NCBI GenBank assembly: GCA_010909165.1
Contig: MU008220.1
Span: forward strand, 124,001 to 188,000
DNA length: 64,000 bases
Reading direction: 5' to 3'
Origin: Anthoceros angustus
Taxonomy: Eukaryota; Plantae; Anthocerotophyta
In this document: one piece after another, positions 22,082 to 36,700 of the stretch
How positions within the stretch are numbered: position 1 is the first letter of the stretch
How the letters are laid out: each line of letters starts with the position of its first letter
Translations under genes and position numbers: made by a program
Notes under the pieces: generated by a model
Database searches by the model: none
Told to the model about the DNA's origin: nothing
What the model saw: only the letters and a program-made list of their open reading frames with translations

Positions 22082-25000
22082 ACTCTAATCCTTTTTGCTT
22101 ATTATGCCTGTTATACAAAGTGCCATATCATCCACTTTACTCCATCCTTTCCTCGCACCGTGCCTTGTGGGGCCACTTTGATTCTCAACCACCCAACCAC
22201 CTTAACAAAAGGTGCAACTCAACGTGACTATTAAGGTGGGTGAGCAAAGTGGCCAAAGCAACGTGGGTCTCTTCTCCGCCTTCCCGACTACCATCCTTCT
22301 CCATTTCATCCTCCCGCACCTTTGATCCAATCCTCCGCTTTTGGGGAATCTTGGCCGCAATCCTTATTTTCCCATTCAAATCGCCTCAAAGAAAAGAAAA
22401 TCACACACACAATCGCCTTCCGGTTATTAACATCCAATGCGGTCTCCCACATCGCCTCTTCTCATTTGTTGGCATCCTCACCAACCTAGGCATAATACTT
22501 CTTCACGCCAACCATTCACCCGAATTGGTAACCACGTTCCATCCTATTGACATAATTGCACATAACCATTTTCAAATACCTCTAGGACGGTATATGATTC
22601 CATCCATTAGGTGCAACTTCCCGAAAATGCATGAATCGCTATCATACAATAATGCGTGGTCACCCGGCTTTACCTACCGCTCCGCAACCGCTTGTCATGC
22701 ATCCTCTTTCTTTGTGTTTGTACCATGCCCATTTGGATCCTAGCTTCCTCCCGATGGACGTCAAGGAGGGAGCTTACATCGGCTTAGTTTGCCGCTCAAT
22801 TGCCGCAGAACGCCACACCTGCAAAGCAGACGCATTTTGGCAGGTGTTTTCTTCCTTGGTGGCATAGTAGTGGTCATTTGATATGTCAAATCGCCAATGC
22901 TGATGGATCGATGAGCCTCCTCCGCTTTGTTGTTCCTGACTTTGCACAAAGATCTTACAGATGGCTCGCAAATGTTGAGCTTCACTTGCGCCGTGTTCAA
23001 TGCCATGTTTGGGTCGTTGAAGTCAAATATCGCCTTTGACCTACACATGTGCCTCGTGGCACGAGCGCCATTGTCCCATTGAACTGGTCCAGCCACTTGC
23101 ATGATGCCAATTCGGATTCGCATAATGGGTAGTTCCACCCTTTCCTTTCGTACAACGTTATTTACTCCATCAACTTGATCAAGCATCCTTGCGCATCGGA
23201 TCTGCGACCCGTCTCGACTCTAATCAGAATATCCGAGGATGCCTAGGCACCTCTACACGCCTACCACATGGCTTGCTCAAAGGCTCAATCAAGATAGGCC
23301 TATATTGACTAGCAAGAGGTCTCAAGTTCTCCGTCCCATCCATCCTCAAGCATTGAGAGGCAAACCTTTCTCGAGCATTCATTATCTCCCACAAAATTTG
23401 GTCTTCCCAATCTTGCAGTAATGCTTCAAAGTTGGCGGCCGGCATGAGGTTCACCGCAATGACAAATGCTCCCAATCGGATTTCATGGGCTCACAAGCAA
23501 CGAACACTTCTTTCTTTGATCTTGGCTTGGGCTTCTTGTCATATCCAAAGTCATGGCATAGAGGTTCGCTATCGTCTAGCCCATCGCATCTGCTTCCTCA
23601 ACTTCATCCTCTGACTCAAACCTTCTCTAAATATGGCATGTCCAACATTAGGCCAACTTTGAAAATTTCCTCCTCATCGATTCCACTTCAAAACCATCTT
23701 CCACCGTGCTCCCTCCTATCTGTGACGTAACCAATTTAAAGGGTGACCTCACAAAAGCATCGGGAGAATACCAGTACAACCAAATGAATCGAACATTTTC
23801 ATCGAATATGACCGTAGAAACCTTTAGAGTACGCTCTTTTTGCATCCTGCTCGCTCCAAGAGCCCAATACATTGATCCACACCAAACAATTCAAATCGCA
23901 GAATGACTTGGCCATCTAGGTGATCGTGATAGACGGATCCAGCTTTTGATTGACCTCTGCACAATGATCATCATTGGCCACACATAGATCCTAAAATACA
24001 GACAGCCTCAATATGATTGAATCAACGAATTCCTTCTCATGCCGAAAGATTGGGGTAAGTAGTTTGCCAACCCATGGAACTATATTAGTGCAGCCTGGTT
24101 TGAATGAGCGCTTCAGCCCTAAACCGCATTGACATTTTACGACTTGGCTTGGGCTCGCAAACTGTCACGAGTCCGGTCCAAAGATCATAATCATCTTCTT
24201 CAAGTATTGAGGTGCAGCGAGTGACCAAAGTCGCTTCAACATAAAATTGTTGATCCCAAGGGGTATATGGAGCTCCGGTTCCTGTCCTCAACTTCTTCTC
24301 GTATGTCCTCACAAATGGCGGCATCCTCACCCGTCGAGGAAACCTAGAGACAACGACCAAAATCATGAGCCAGAGGCAACTTGACGAAGACGGAAAGTGC
24401 ACTTGCAACACTAAGAGCTAACCATCGCACTTCCCAAGCTGCAGCTCGGAGCCCGGTAGGCCAAAGGAAGGTGAGAAGGTCATGATGCAGGACATCACGA
24501 CCAAGTTTACAATGTAATAGAGCTCGAGCGCTCCAACTAGAGGAAGAAGAGAGCACTTACCACGTTCAAGACAGAATGCTAGTGAGTGAGTAGACGATCA
24601 TTCTCATCCCGCAAGAGCCGCCAACAACCACTTCATTCATTCACAACTACGCTGCATTTTGGTAAGCTCAAAAGGAACGAGTAACCTCGGAAGAAGCAAA
24701 AACATCAAAACAAAAGGCGAGGTCGGCACTTGGGAACCGCCACGCTTGACAGACCAAGGTAATCGACATCGAGACCTCCATCGCCGAGCTTGCAGTAAAC
24801 CTGCTCAAGTGCCGCCATACTCCTCTTCACCTTCGCCTCCCTCTTTGGCCAAACGGTGGGCCCATAAAGCCTCAAGCCGTGATCGCCGCACTCTCTTACT
24901 TGGTTTGCCTGCACTGATCTCGCCACCAGCCGTAGTCTCTTGTTCCACCACTTGGGTGGCCTGCATCAAAGATCACCAGGCGGTGGTGGTGTGCATGATA

Positions 25001-28000
25001 ATTTCGCTCCTCAACGATAAGATGCCAATTGTACATGGAGGGGCGGCTGCATTCCGATTAGGATCTTGAGAATCAACAAGACCCCGTGATACTCGATGAA
25101 CTGCTATGGGCCCTAAGATTGAGGCCCCATATGGAGTCTATAGGGACCATGGGCAATTATCTCTTCATGATTATCGCTCACTATGATCATAGTCTTTGAA
25201 CATGATTCATGTAACCCAGAACTCGCAAAACAATTTGAAGATTAACCATAATATTTTAGTATGATGATGCTATTAAATAAGGATGAAATATTTAAAATAA
25301 TATGTTATAAATTCATTCCAAGATATAACTTGCACGGATTCTACTTTAATTTGTATATGAATTAATTACCATGAGAAAAAGTCACGCTTTGTCTCCGGAA
25401 AGACTTTGAGGTGTTCGAGTTTTGTTCGCCACAAATTTAAAGTCAAGAGCAATGTCCTGCAATACAATTAGGCCAAAATCATGCAAGTAAGGATAGGTAG
25501 ATAGATAGATAGATAGATAAATAGAATATTTTACTACATTACTGTCTCGAACAAGGAAACTAATGCGCCGCATGAGGAATATATGTATGTAAACAAGAAT
25601 GCACATGTCGTCATTCATAAGGTAGAAATAAAAAGAATGGAAAAATGGGAAGAGATCTTACAGAGTCCGATTGGTCTACCCTTTTATTCAACCAACTTCA
25701 GACACGTAGACTCTTTCTTTCATCTTGCTCAAGACTCTCGATAAGGTTTTCATGAATCATTCATCTAGCTCGAGGCTTTCAATAAGTTATGCCACACGTT
25801 GTTCCCATAGATGTTATTTTTAAAATACGAGATGGGAGATAAAAGGAAGAACTTTTATGTAGACTTGAAAAGTGAGATAGTAGACCCTCTAGAAAGAAAT
25901 TCCGTGTTCTTAAATAGGGAGAAGATATAAGACAATTTATTGACAAATAACAAGCTAGGCTAGATAGATCAAAGAAGAAGAAAAAAGGTGGAGGAGGAGG
26001 AGAAGAAATGTTTTATAGTTCTATTGTTCTATACTTTATAGAAGTGAACTTTAGATTAAATTTGGGTTTATATAACCTCAAACAGACAAAACAAGACCTA
26101 AAAAGTAGTCAAAACTTAAAATTCAATTGAAATATATATGGAAAGTGGAAAGAACTAAATAGAAAGAGATCCCCTCATTACAATAGTAGTTGTTGAAATC
26201 TATTTCTTCTTTGTCACTCCATGGAAATCCACTTAATGTCTATTTGTGAACTAGCAGAGAGAGATACACCATGGACGGAGCTTAGAACCATTCAAGGAAG
26301 ATATATGATTATATAAAATAATGCAAATTCGCAGATTTTGGATAATACATGAACTTAGAACTACTTAAGGTCTATATAATAACGGGAGACTTTATAAAGA
26401 TGCAAAAGAAATATTTTATAGTTCTATATTTTATAGTAGTGAACTTTAGATTAAAATTGGGTTTATATAGACCCAAAGCAGAGAAAGGGGTACATAAATA
26501 AAAGTGGTCAAAACTTGAAATTCAATTGAAAGACATATGGAAAGTGAAAAGAATCAAGAGAGAGATCCGCCTCATTACGATAGTAGTTGTTAAAATCTAT
26601 TTCTTCTTTGTCACCCATGGAAATCAACTCAATATCTATTTGTGAACTAGCAGAGAGATACACTGACGGAGCTTAGAACCATTCAAGGAAGATATATGAT
26701 TATATAAAATAATGCAAATTCGCAGATTTTGGATAATACATGAACTTAGAACTACTTAAGGTCTATATAATAACGGGAGACTTTATAAAGATGCAAAAGA
26801 AATATTTTATAGTTCTATATTTTATAGTAGTGAACTTTAGATTAAAATTGGGTTTATATAGACCCAAACAGAGAGAAAGGGGTACATAAATAAAAGTGGT
26901 CAAAACTTGAAATTCAATTGAAAGACATATGGAAAGTGAAAAGAATCAAAGAGAAAGAGATCCGCCTCATTACGATAGTAGTTGTTAAAATCTATTTCTT
27001 CTTTGTCACTCCATGGAAATCAACTCAATATCTATTCTTGAACCAAGAGAGAGAGATACACCTATGGACGAAGTTTAGAAGTATTAAAAGAAGATATAGA
27101 AAAACTAAATTTTTATTGAGGGCAAAACATTCTGGAAAAGCCCATCCAAAGAAAGGACAACCAAGGGGACCTAAGGATCGAGGTGAAAAGGAGCAACAAA
27201 GCTCACCGAAGCTCGATTGCGCCTACGATGTCGTGACATGGGAAGAGAAAACGCCCTACAAACTACGGAGGTTGAGGAGGATGCGTCGCCTAATGTCGCC
27301 GCTTTGTGGATGACCGAGAGAGGGCTTGTTGAAGAGCAATTGAAACTCGTTGTCTAAAGAATGCCGTGAAATAAGTTAGAGAGGGACAGCCCGTCCGTTT
27401 CACGGCATGATAAGCCTTAGCCAGGACTTGAGAAAAGTATCAAAGTCCCGAGCCAACGCCCATGTGTTTCAAGGGTGAGCGGAATGAATTGGTGGCCCGC
27501 TTGCATCGCGCTATATTCCCCGACTTTGATAGCCGCCGCCCGTCAGTAGCCCAACCCATAGTTAGTGATAACCCGTGCGGTGATGGAGTCGCGTGAAGGC
27601 TCGATTACCACCACATCCACCACGTTCCGTTGCAGGACGAGGTACAAGTCACCGATTGACCGACCAAGATGAAGAGTGTACCCCGCCCCTCCAGGCTATG
27701 TAGGCACGCAAACGTGACATCACAGATGGTGTCATGGGTGGAAATGCGATGATCCCATGGGGGTAACGAGCAAGGTGTATCCCGAGTCATCAAGGGCGAG
27801 CCGCATTCGCAAGTAAGGAGAGAGGAAGCCACGGGCGGAGGGCCAAGACGGAAGCGCATCGCAGAGAGAAGGTGGTTGGTGCGATGTGAAAGCCTTGTAT
27901 ACATGGACGAGCCAGCTGTGCACCGCGCCTTCAGAGGAAGAGCAAAGTGCACTCGTGGACCTCGGAATGGAGGGTCCATGAGGACGGACTAGAAGGCCTT

Positions 28001-30780
28001 ACAAAGTTGCTTCTCAAGCGGATGCTTACAACCCCAAGCCACGGGCAACGCGGATGAGATAACCAGGCGCCTAGCAAAAGAAGAGAAAAGTATACCAAAG
28101 GCCATCCGTGCATCCTCCGCAAAGAGAAGTCCTCGATGTGGGAGAGGTCTTCCGAGAGCTCGGACGAGGAACCTCAAATGAAGTCAAGAGAAGCAAAGGG
28201 ACTCCCAAAATCCGCAGTCGGGCTAGAGCAATATTCTCCCGCAGAATCGCAAAGTAGGGGTGATCTCCGGAGACCGGACACGGCACTTGGACAGCTTGAC
28301 CTTCAAGCCCACCAAAGAAAGCTCATGTGAGAAGAGCTCAAGGCCTCCTTGACCTTGTCCCTCTAGAGGCTCGAGGATGTGAGAGTCATCTACCAAATCG
28401 GGAAGACATAGTCACATGCAGAGGAGGCAGCCTGGATAGGGCCCCCAGTGAGCGATTGCAAAGAGAGCACCTCCCAGGGTCGCCCTACCGATACCCGTGG
28501 ACGACTCCAAGACAAAGATGGCAAATCCCGATGGTGCTCTGTGCCGATAGTAGAGATTGGAGGACCTCCCGTAGAAGCTCGACAAAGGGTATAAGGCTCC
28601 CAAGACACCTCCAGGCCCCTTGAGTTCCTCAAGATATGACGCCTCTAGAGATAGTATTGAAGGCGTTTCTCCACGTCCACTTGTAAGACCACCCACTGGT
28701 GGATATAGAGGCATGCCATCACTCCAAACACCACGGACTCGCAACCCCTGTGAGCTCCTAGAGAAGGAGGCATTGCCGCATTATTTAGTACGGCCGTTGC
28801 CGGAAGAGTACAAATGGTGGGAGCGCCTGTGTTGATTAGGAGGAGATTGGTGTTATAGTGACAACCATATCGGGCTGGTTCGCAACGCCCATGGAAGTGG
28901 TTTTCTAGGTTGGAGGTCGATGGCACGGCCGAGCCACTTCGTGTTCTCGATGAGGCTTTGGCTGAAGCAAGATATTGCGGAACTTCCACAACGCGATATG
29001 TATTTGGGGCATATAAAAACTTGTGCATGCAAAGAAGAAGAAATGACGCGTTTGAATGGCGATATTACGGAGATCAAGAAAGGAATGTTCCTAGCGCCTT
29101 GCACTATAGACACTCACAACAGCCATTTTGGATTAAAAGATCATAGAAGTGAAGTTGGAATCATCGAAATCTCACTTCCTTGTTCGTTGGTATATGACCG
29201 AGCATACAAATGCTTATGAGGGAGATATGTGGAGGAAATATATAATTCAAGGAAGTGGAACCCAACATGGCTTCAAGCTAGGAACAAAGGGAGTAAAACC
29301 TTCTATCCCAAAAATATTCAACAGTCCATGTGAACGAAACGATAATCCTTTATTATGGATTTGTGTTGAATGCTCGAAAGCATTTACATGTTGTTGACAA
29401 GAAAGCGATCGTGATAAGTTGAGTGAATTACGGGTTCATACACCAATCAAAGTGCATGATCATGAAGATAGTGATGAAAATGGTGCTAACGACAAGCCCA
29501 CCCACAACGAAGGAGTGAACTCGAGATGAGTAAACTTGCTTGCATGGAGAAGGAATTGGGAGGAGGCAATGGTTGCCGATACTTATAAATGTAGGGATTC
29601 ACTTCATCCAATTTAAATTATAATTGCATCGCTTGTAGGGAGCCTTTGTTATGGTATGTAAGCGGGTGAAAGCTTTTGTCCATTGCCATCGCTTTGCAAT
29701 AAAAACCATGTTTATTATACGTGTTTTCAACACAACATTTAAATAATGTATGCGGGTTGGGGCCGATTAGCCGATGTCCCAAGAATATGGAAAATGTGTT
29801 GGCCATAGCGGACACTTGCCAAGGATGACAAATATATATGCATGTTACGTACCCCAACCCTCTTGGATCGGTTGTTTGTGTTTGTTATGGTGCTTGTGGT
29901 ACTGGGGGACCGAATAGGGCAGCGGTAAACCTCCGGGACAAGAGGGGGCAGCGGCCGACCGTGCCCCGCCTCCACTAGTGTGCCCCGCCAAGTATACGTT
30001 GCTTAAAACCCAGGCGAGATGACCTTAACCCTTTGAAAACCCTAGACTTCAAAATGTATTTGCGAAGACTTTGGTTTTTGCTTAACCATACTTTCCCACA
30101 TTTGAGGCAAATCCGAGATAAGGGGATTGCTTTCCGATGGTAAAGGTCAATGGTGGGTCTTACTTTGCCAAATCATATGGGTAAAGAATTGCGAACACCC
30201 TTCTACGGTACCCATGTTGAAAAAGTGGGGCAAGGTGAATGGGACACCCTTTTTTGTGGTACTTTCACTAAAAGGTGATATCCGACGATTTAAGACCCAT
30301 GTGTGGTTAACCCTTTGGCACATGTTTAAGACAAAACCCTCATCATGTATATTCCCCCTTGAAGGTTTACGGTGTTGGGGGCTCTTGTAGGACCAACAAA
30401 ATCTCGCATGAACTCTAGGTGTAGCTCGTCCACAAACTCCTCCGCCTTGTTGCTCCACATTTGCGCCTTGACGCAAGGGGGTTGTGCATTTTGAGCCTTC
30501 TTTCCGTTCCGAGCCATGGTACTCAACCACAAAGGAGAGAAAGGGAGAAGATGGAAAAGAGCACTTATCGACTGAGGCAAGCAAAAGCTTGAAAAGACAA
30601 ATCAAGAGAGCAAAAGAGCTTAAGGTTGCATGATGGCGGAGAGGAGAGGTGCACACAAATAGAAAGATGCCCAAGATGAGAATTGAAGGGTGCGTTCTTA
30701 TGCCTCGCATGTTGTCCTGTACCATGCCACCGCCTCCTTAGGGCCGAAGACCCCGTCCCCTCACCATCAGCGACGGGGCC
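22082..30780. repeat. Composite tandem unit copy 2 (8699 bp; one extra 390-bp sub-repeat)
   Basis: Colinear with copy 1. Confidence 0.97.
27110..28767 (-). mobile_element. CRE-like non-LTR retrotransposon fragment, copy 2
   Basis: Same RT/knuckle/RLE motifs and same boundaries as copy 1. Confidence 0.9.
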
Positions 30781-33700
30781 ACTCTAATCCTTTTGCTTAT
30801 TATGCTGTATACAAAGTGCCATATCATCCACTTTACTCCATCCTTTCCTCGACTGTGCCTTGTGGGGCCACTTTGATTCTCAACCACCCAACCACCTTAA
30901 CAAAAGGTGCAACTCAACGTGACTATTAAGGTGGCTGAGCAAAGTGGCCAAAGCAACGTGGGTCTCTTCTCCGCGTCTTCCCGACTACCATCCTTCTCCA
31001 TTTTCATCCTCCCGCACCTTTGATCCAATCCTCCGCTTTTGGGGAATCTTGGCGGCAATCCTTATTTTCCCATTCAAATCGTCTCAAAGAAAAGAAAATC
31101 ACACACACAATCGCCTTCCGGGTTATTAACATCCAATGATCTCCCACATCGCCCTTCTCATTTGTTGGCATCCTCACCAACCTAGGCATAATACTTCTTC
31201 ACGCCAACCATTCACCCGAATTGGTAACCACGCTCCATCCTATTGACATAATTGCACATAACCATTTTCAAATACCTCTAGGACGGTATATGATTCCATC
31301 CATCGTAGTAACTTCCCGAAAATGCATGAATGCTATCATACAATAATGCGTGGTCACCCGGCTTTACCTACGCTTCAAACTGCTTGTCATGCATCCTCTT
31401 TCTTTGTGTTTGTACCATGCCCATTTGGATCCTAGCTTCCTCCGCCGATTCAAGGAGGGAGCTTACATCGCTTCTTAGTTTGCCGCCAAGTCGCATGTAA
31501 CGCCACACCTGTGCGCAAGACGCATTTTGGCAGTGTTTTCTCTTCCTTGGTGGCATAGTAGTGGTCATTTGATATGTCAAATCGCGCCAATGCCGATGGA
31601 TCGATGAGCCTCCTCCGCTTTGTTGTTCTCGGACTTTGCACAAAGATCTTACAAAGCGCAGCATGGCTCGCAAATGTTGAGCTTCACTTGCGTCGGTATT
31701 TCAATGCCATGTTTGGGTCGTTGAAGTCAAATATCGCCTTTGACCTACACAGCCTGGCACGAGCCATTGTCCCATTGAACTGGTCCACCACTTGCATGAT
31801 GCCAATTCGGATTCGCAATGGGCTGTAGCTCCACCCTTTTCCTTTTTGCATAAACGTTATTTACTCCATCAACCGATCAAGCATCCTTGCCTCGCATCGG
31901 ACCACCGACTCATCGACTAACATCCGAGGATGCCTAGGCACCTCTACACGTCTACCACATGGCTTGCTCAAAGGCTCAATCAAGATAGGCCTATATTGAC
32001 TAGCAAGAGGTCTCAAGTTCTCCGTCCCATCCATCCTCAAGCATTGAGAGGCAAACCTTTCTCGAGCATTCATTATCTCCCCACAAAATTTGGTCTTCCC
32101 AATCTTGCTGGTGCAATGCTTCAAAGTTGGCGGCATGAGGTTCACCGCAGGTGACAAATGCTCCCAATCGGATTTCATGGGCTCACAAGCAACGAACACT
32201 TCTTTCTTTGATCTTGGCTTGGGCTTCTTGTCATATCCAAAGTCATGGCATAGAGGTTCGCTATCGCTCAGCCCATCGCATCTGCTTCCTCAACTTCATC
32301 CTGCACTCAAACCTTCTATTAAATCGAAGGGTACACGCCCAACATTAGGCCAACTTTTGAAAATTTCCTCCTCATCGATTCCACTTCAAAACCATCTTCC
32401 ACCGCACGTTCCTCCTATCTCGTGCCGTAACCAATTTAAAGGGTGACCTCACCAAAAGCATGTGCCGACAGAGTACAACCAAATGAATCGAACATTTTTC
32501 ATCGAATATGACCAGTAGAAACCTTTAGAGTACGCTCTTTTGCATCCCGCTGCTCCCAAAGAGCCAATACGGTTGATCCACACCAAACAATTGAAAATCG
32601 CAGAATGACTTGGCCATCTAGGTGATACAGGATAGACGGATCCGGTTTTGATTGACCTCAAGAATGATCATCATTGGCCACACATAGATCCCGAAATACA
32701 AGTCTGACTCTCAATATGATTGAATCAACGAATTCCTTCTCATCTTTGAAAGACTAAGTAGTTTGCCAACCCATGGAACTGCTATATTAGTGCACTGGTT
32801 TGAATGAGCAGCCTAAAACCTAAACCGCATTGACATTTTACGACTTGGCTTGGGCTCGCAAACTCACGAGTCCGGTCATCGATCATAATCATCTTCTTCA
32901 AGTATTGAGGTGCAGGTACCAAAGTCGCTTCAACATAAAATTGTTGATCCCAAGGGGTATATGGAGCTCGGTTCCGTGTCCTCAACTTCTTCTCGTATGT
33001 CCTCACAAATGGCGGCATCCTCACCCGTCGAGGAAACCTAGAGACAACGACCAAAATCATGAGCCGAGGCAACTTGATCAAGCATCCTTGCCTCGCATCG
33101 GACCACCGACCCGTCGACTCTAATCGTAACATCCGAGGATGCCTAGGCACCTCTACACGTCTACCACATGGCTTGCTCAAAGGCTCAATCAAGATAGGCC
33201 TATATTGACTAGCAAGAGGTCTCAAGTTCTCCGTCCCATCCATCCTCAAGCATTGAGAGGCAAACCTTTCTACGAGCATTCATTATCTCCCCACAAAATT
33301 TGGTCTTCCCAATCTTGCTGGTGCAATGCTTCAAAGTTGGCATGAGGTTCACACTGACAAATGCTCCCAATCGGATTTCATGGGCTCACAAGCAACGAAC
33401 ACTTCTTTCTTTGATCTTGGCTTCTTGTCATATCCAAAGTCATGGCATAGAGGTTCGCTATCGTCAGCCCACGCATCTGCTTCCTCAACTTCATCCTGAC
33501 TCAAACCTTGCTAAATCGAAGGGTACACGCCGCCAACATTAGGCCAACTTTTGAAAATTTCCTCCTCATCGATTCCACTTCAAAACCATCTTCCACCGTG
33601 ACGCTCCTATCTGCCACAGAACCAATTTAAAGGGTGACCTCACCAAAAGCATCAGGACCGCGAATACCGTGAGTACAACCAAATGAATCCGAACATTTTC

Positions 33701-36700
33701 AATATGACCGGTAGAAACCTTTAGAGTACGCTCTTTTGCATCTCGCCGCTCCCCAGCCCACAGGTTGATCCACACCAAACAATTGAAAATCGCAGAATGA
33801 CTTGGCCATCTAGGTGATGGATAGACGGATCCGGTTTTGATTGACCGCACCGAATGATCATCATTGGCCACACATAGATCCCGAAATACAACAGATGCCT
33901 CTCAATATGATTGAATCAACGAATTCCTTCTCATGCCGAAAGACTTGTGTATAGTTTGCCAACCCATGGAATCGCTATATTAGTGCACTGGTTTGAATGA
34001 GCAGCTTCTCAGCCCTAAACCGCATTGACATTTTACGACTTGGCTTGGGCTCTGAAACTGTCACGAGTCATGATCATAATCATCTTCTTCAAGTATTGAG
34101 GTTGAGTACCAAAGTCGCTTCAACATAAAATTGTTGATCCCAAGGGGTATATGGAGCTCGGTTCCGTGTCCTCAACTTCTTCTCGTATGTCCTCACAAAT
34201 GGCGGCATCCTCACCCGAGGAAACCTAGAGACAACGACCAAAATCATGAGCCGAGGCAACTTGACGAAGGCGGAAAGTGCACTTGCAACACTAAGAGCTA
34301 ACCATCGCACTTCCCAAGCTGCAGCTCGGGCAAAAAAGGTGAGAAGGTCATGATGCGTGACATCCCGACCAAGTTTACAACAGAATAGAGCTCGGCGCTC
34401 CAACTAGAGGAAGAAGAGAGCACTTACCACGTTGACAGAATGCTAGCGAGAGCGATAGACGATCATTCTCATCCCGCAAGAGCGCCAACAACCACTTCAT
34501 TCATTCACAACTACGCTGCATTTGCAAGCTCAAAAGGAACAGTTGCAACCTCGGAAGAAGCAAAAACATCAAAACAAAAGGCGAGGTCGGCACTTGGGAA
34601 CCGCCACGCTATTGAACTGAAGAAGGTAATCGACATCGAGACCTCCATCGCCGAGCTTCCCGACGTAAACCCGTTCAAGTGCCCGCCATACTCCTCTTCA
34701 CCGCCACTCCTCTTTGGCCAAACGGTGGGCCCATAAAGCCTCAAGCCGTGATCGCCGCACTCTCTTACTTGGTTTGCACTGTCTGTCACTTCCGCTTCAC
34801 CAGGCCGGGCCGTAGTCTCTTGTTCCACCACTTGGGTGGCCTCAAAGATCACCAGGCGGTGGTGGTGTGCATGATAATTTCTCGCTCCTCAACGATAAGA
34901 TGCCAATTGTACATGGAGGCGGGTCACGTTGCATTCCAAAGATTAGGATCTTGAGAATCAACAAGACCCCGGTGATACTCGATGAACTGCTATGGGCCCT
35001 AAGATTGAGGCCCCATATGGAGTCTATAGGGACCATGGGCAATTATCTCTTCATGATTATCGCTCCACACTATGACTAGCTAGTCTTTGAACATGATTCA
35101 TGTAACCCAGAACAAAACAATTTGAAGATTAACCATAATATTTTAGTATGATGATGCTATTAAATAAGGATGAAATATTTAAAATAATATGTTATAAATT
35201 CATTCCAAGATATAACTTGCACGGATTCTACTTTAATTTGTATATGTTATTAATTACCATGAGAAAAAGTCGTCACGTTTGTCTCGGGAAAGACTTTGGA
35301 GGTGTTCGAGTTTTGTTCGCCACAAATTTAAAGTCAAGAGCAATGTCCCGCAATACAATTAGGCCAAAATCATGCAAGTAAGGATAGGTAGATAGATAGA
35401 TAGATAAATAAATAGAATATTTTACTACATTACGGTCTCGAACAAGGAAACTAATGCGCCTCGCATGAGGAATATATGTATGTAAACAATGAATGCACAT
35501 GTCGTCATTCATAAGGTAGAAATAAAAAAAGAATGGAAAAATGGGGAAGAGATCTTACCGCAGTCCGATTGGTCTACCCTTTTATTCAACCAACGACTCT
35601 GTACAGAGACTCTTTCTTTCATCTTGCTCAAGACTCTCGATAAGGTTTTCATGAATCATTCATCTAGCTCGAGGCTTTCAATAAGTTATGCCACACGTTG
35701 TTCCCATAGATGTTATTTTTAAATACGAGATGGGAGATAAAAGGAAGAACTTTTATGTAGACTTGAAAAGTGAGATAGTAGACCCTCTAGAAAGAAATTC
35801 GTGTCTTGCGTAAATAGGGAGAAGATATAAGACAATTTATTGACAAATAACAAGCTAGGCTAGATAGATCAAAGAAGAAGAAAAAAGGTGGAGGAGGAGG
35901 AGAAGAAATGTTTTATAGTTCTATTGTTCTATACTTTATAGAAGTGAACTTTAGATTAAATTTGGGTTTATATAACCTCAAACAGAGACAAAAACAAGAC
36001 CTAAAAAGTAGTCAAAACTTAAAATTCAATTGAAATATATATGGAAAGTGGAAAGAACTAAATAGAAAGAGATCCCCTCATTACAATAGTAGTTGTTGAA
36101 ATCTATTTCTTCTTTGTCACTCCATGGAAATCCACTTAATGTCTATTTGTGAACTAGCAGAGAGATACACCTATGGACGAAGTTTAGAAGTATTAAAAGA
36201 AGATATATGATTATATAAAATAATGCAAATTCGGCAGATTTTGGATAATACATGAACTTAGAACTACTTAAGGTCTATATAATAACGGGAGACTTTATAA
36301 AGATGCAAAAGAAATATTTTATAGTTCTATATTTTATAGTAGTGAACTTTAGATTAAAATTGGGTTTATATAGACCCAAACAGAGAGAAAGGGGTACATA
36401 AATAAAAGTGGTCAAAACTTGAAATTCAATTGAAAGACATATGGAAAGTGAAAAGAATCAAAGAGAAAGAGATCCGCCCTCATTACGATAGTAGTTGTTA
36501 AAATCTATTTCTTCTGTGTCACTCCATGGAAATCAACTCAATATCTATTCTTGAACCAGAAGAGAGAGAGATACACCTATGGACGAAGTTTAGAAGTATT
36601 AAAAGAAGATATAGAAAAACTAAATTTTTATTGAGGGCAAAACATTGCTGGAAAAAGCCCATCCAGCAAAGGACAACCAAGGGGGACCTAAGGATCGAGG

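Noticed and set aside
34470-34490. Minus-strand TGGCGCTCTTGCGGGA as an Athila-type PBS upstream of the gypsy gag
   Set aside because: Imperfect match, variable among copies, not preceded by a CA LTR end, and no paired LTR identified.
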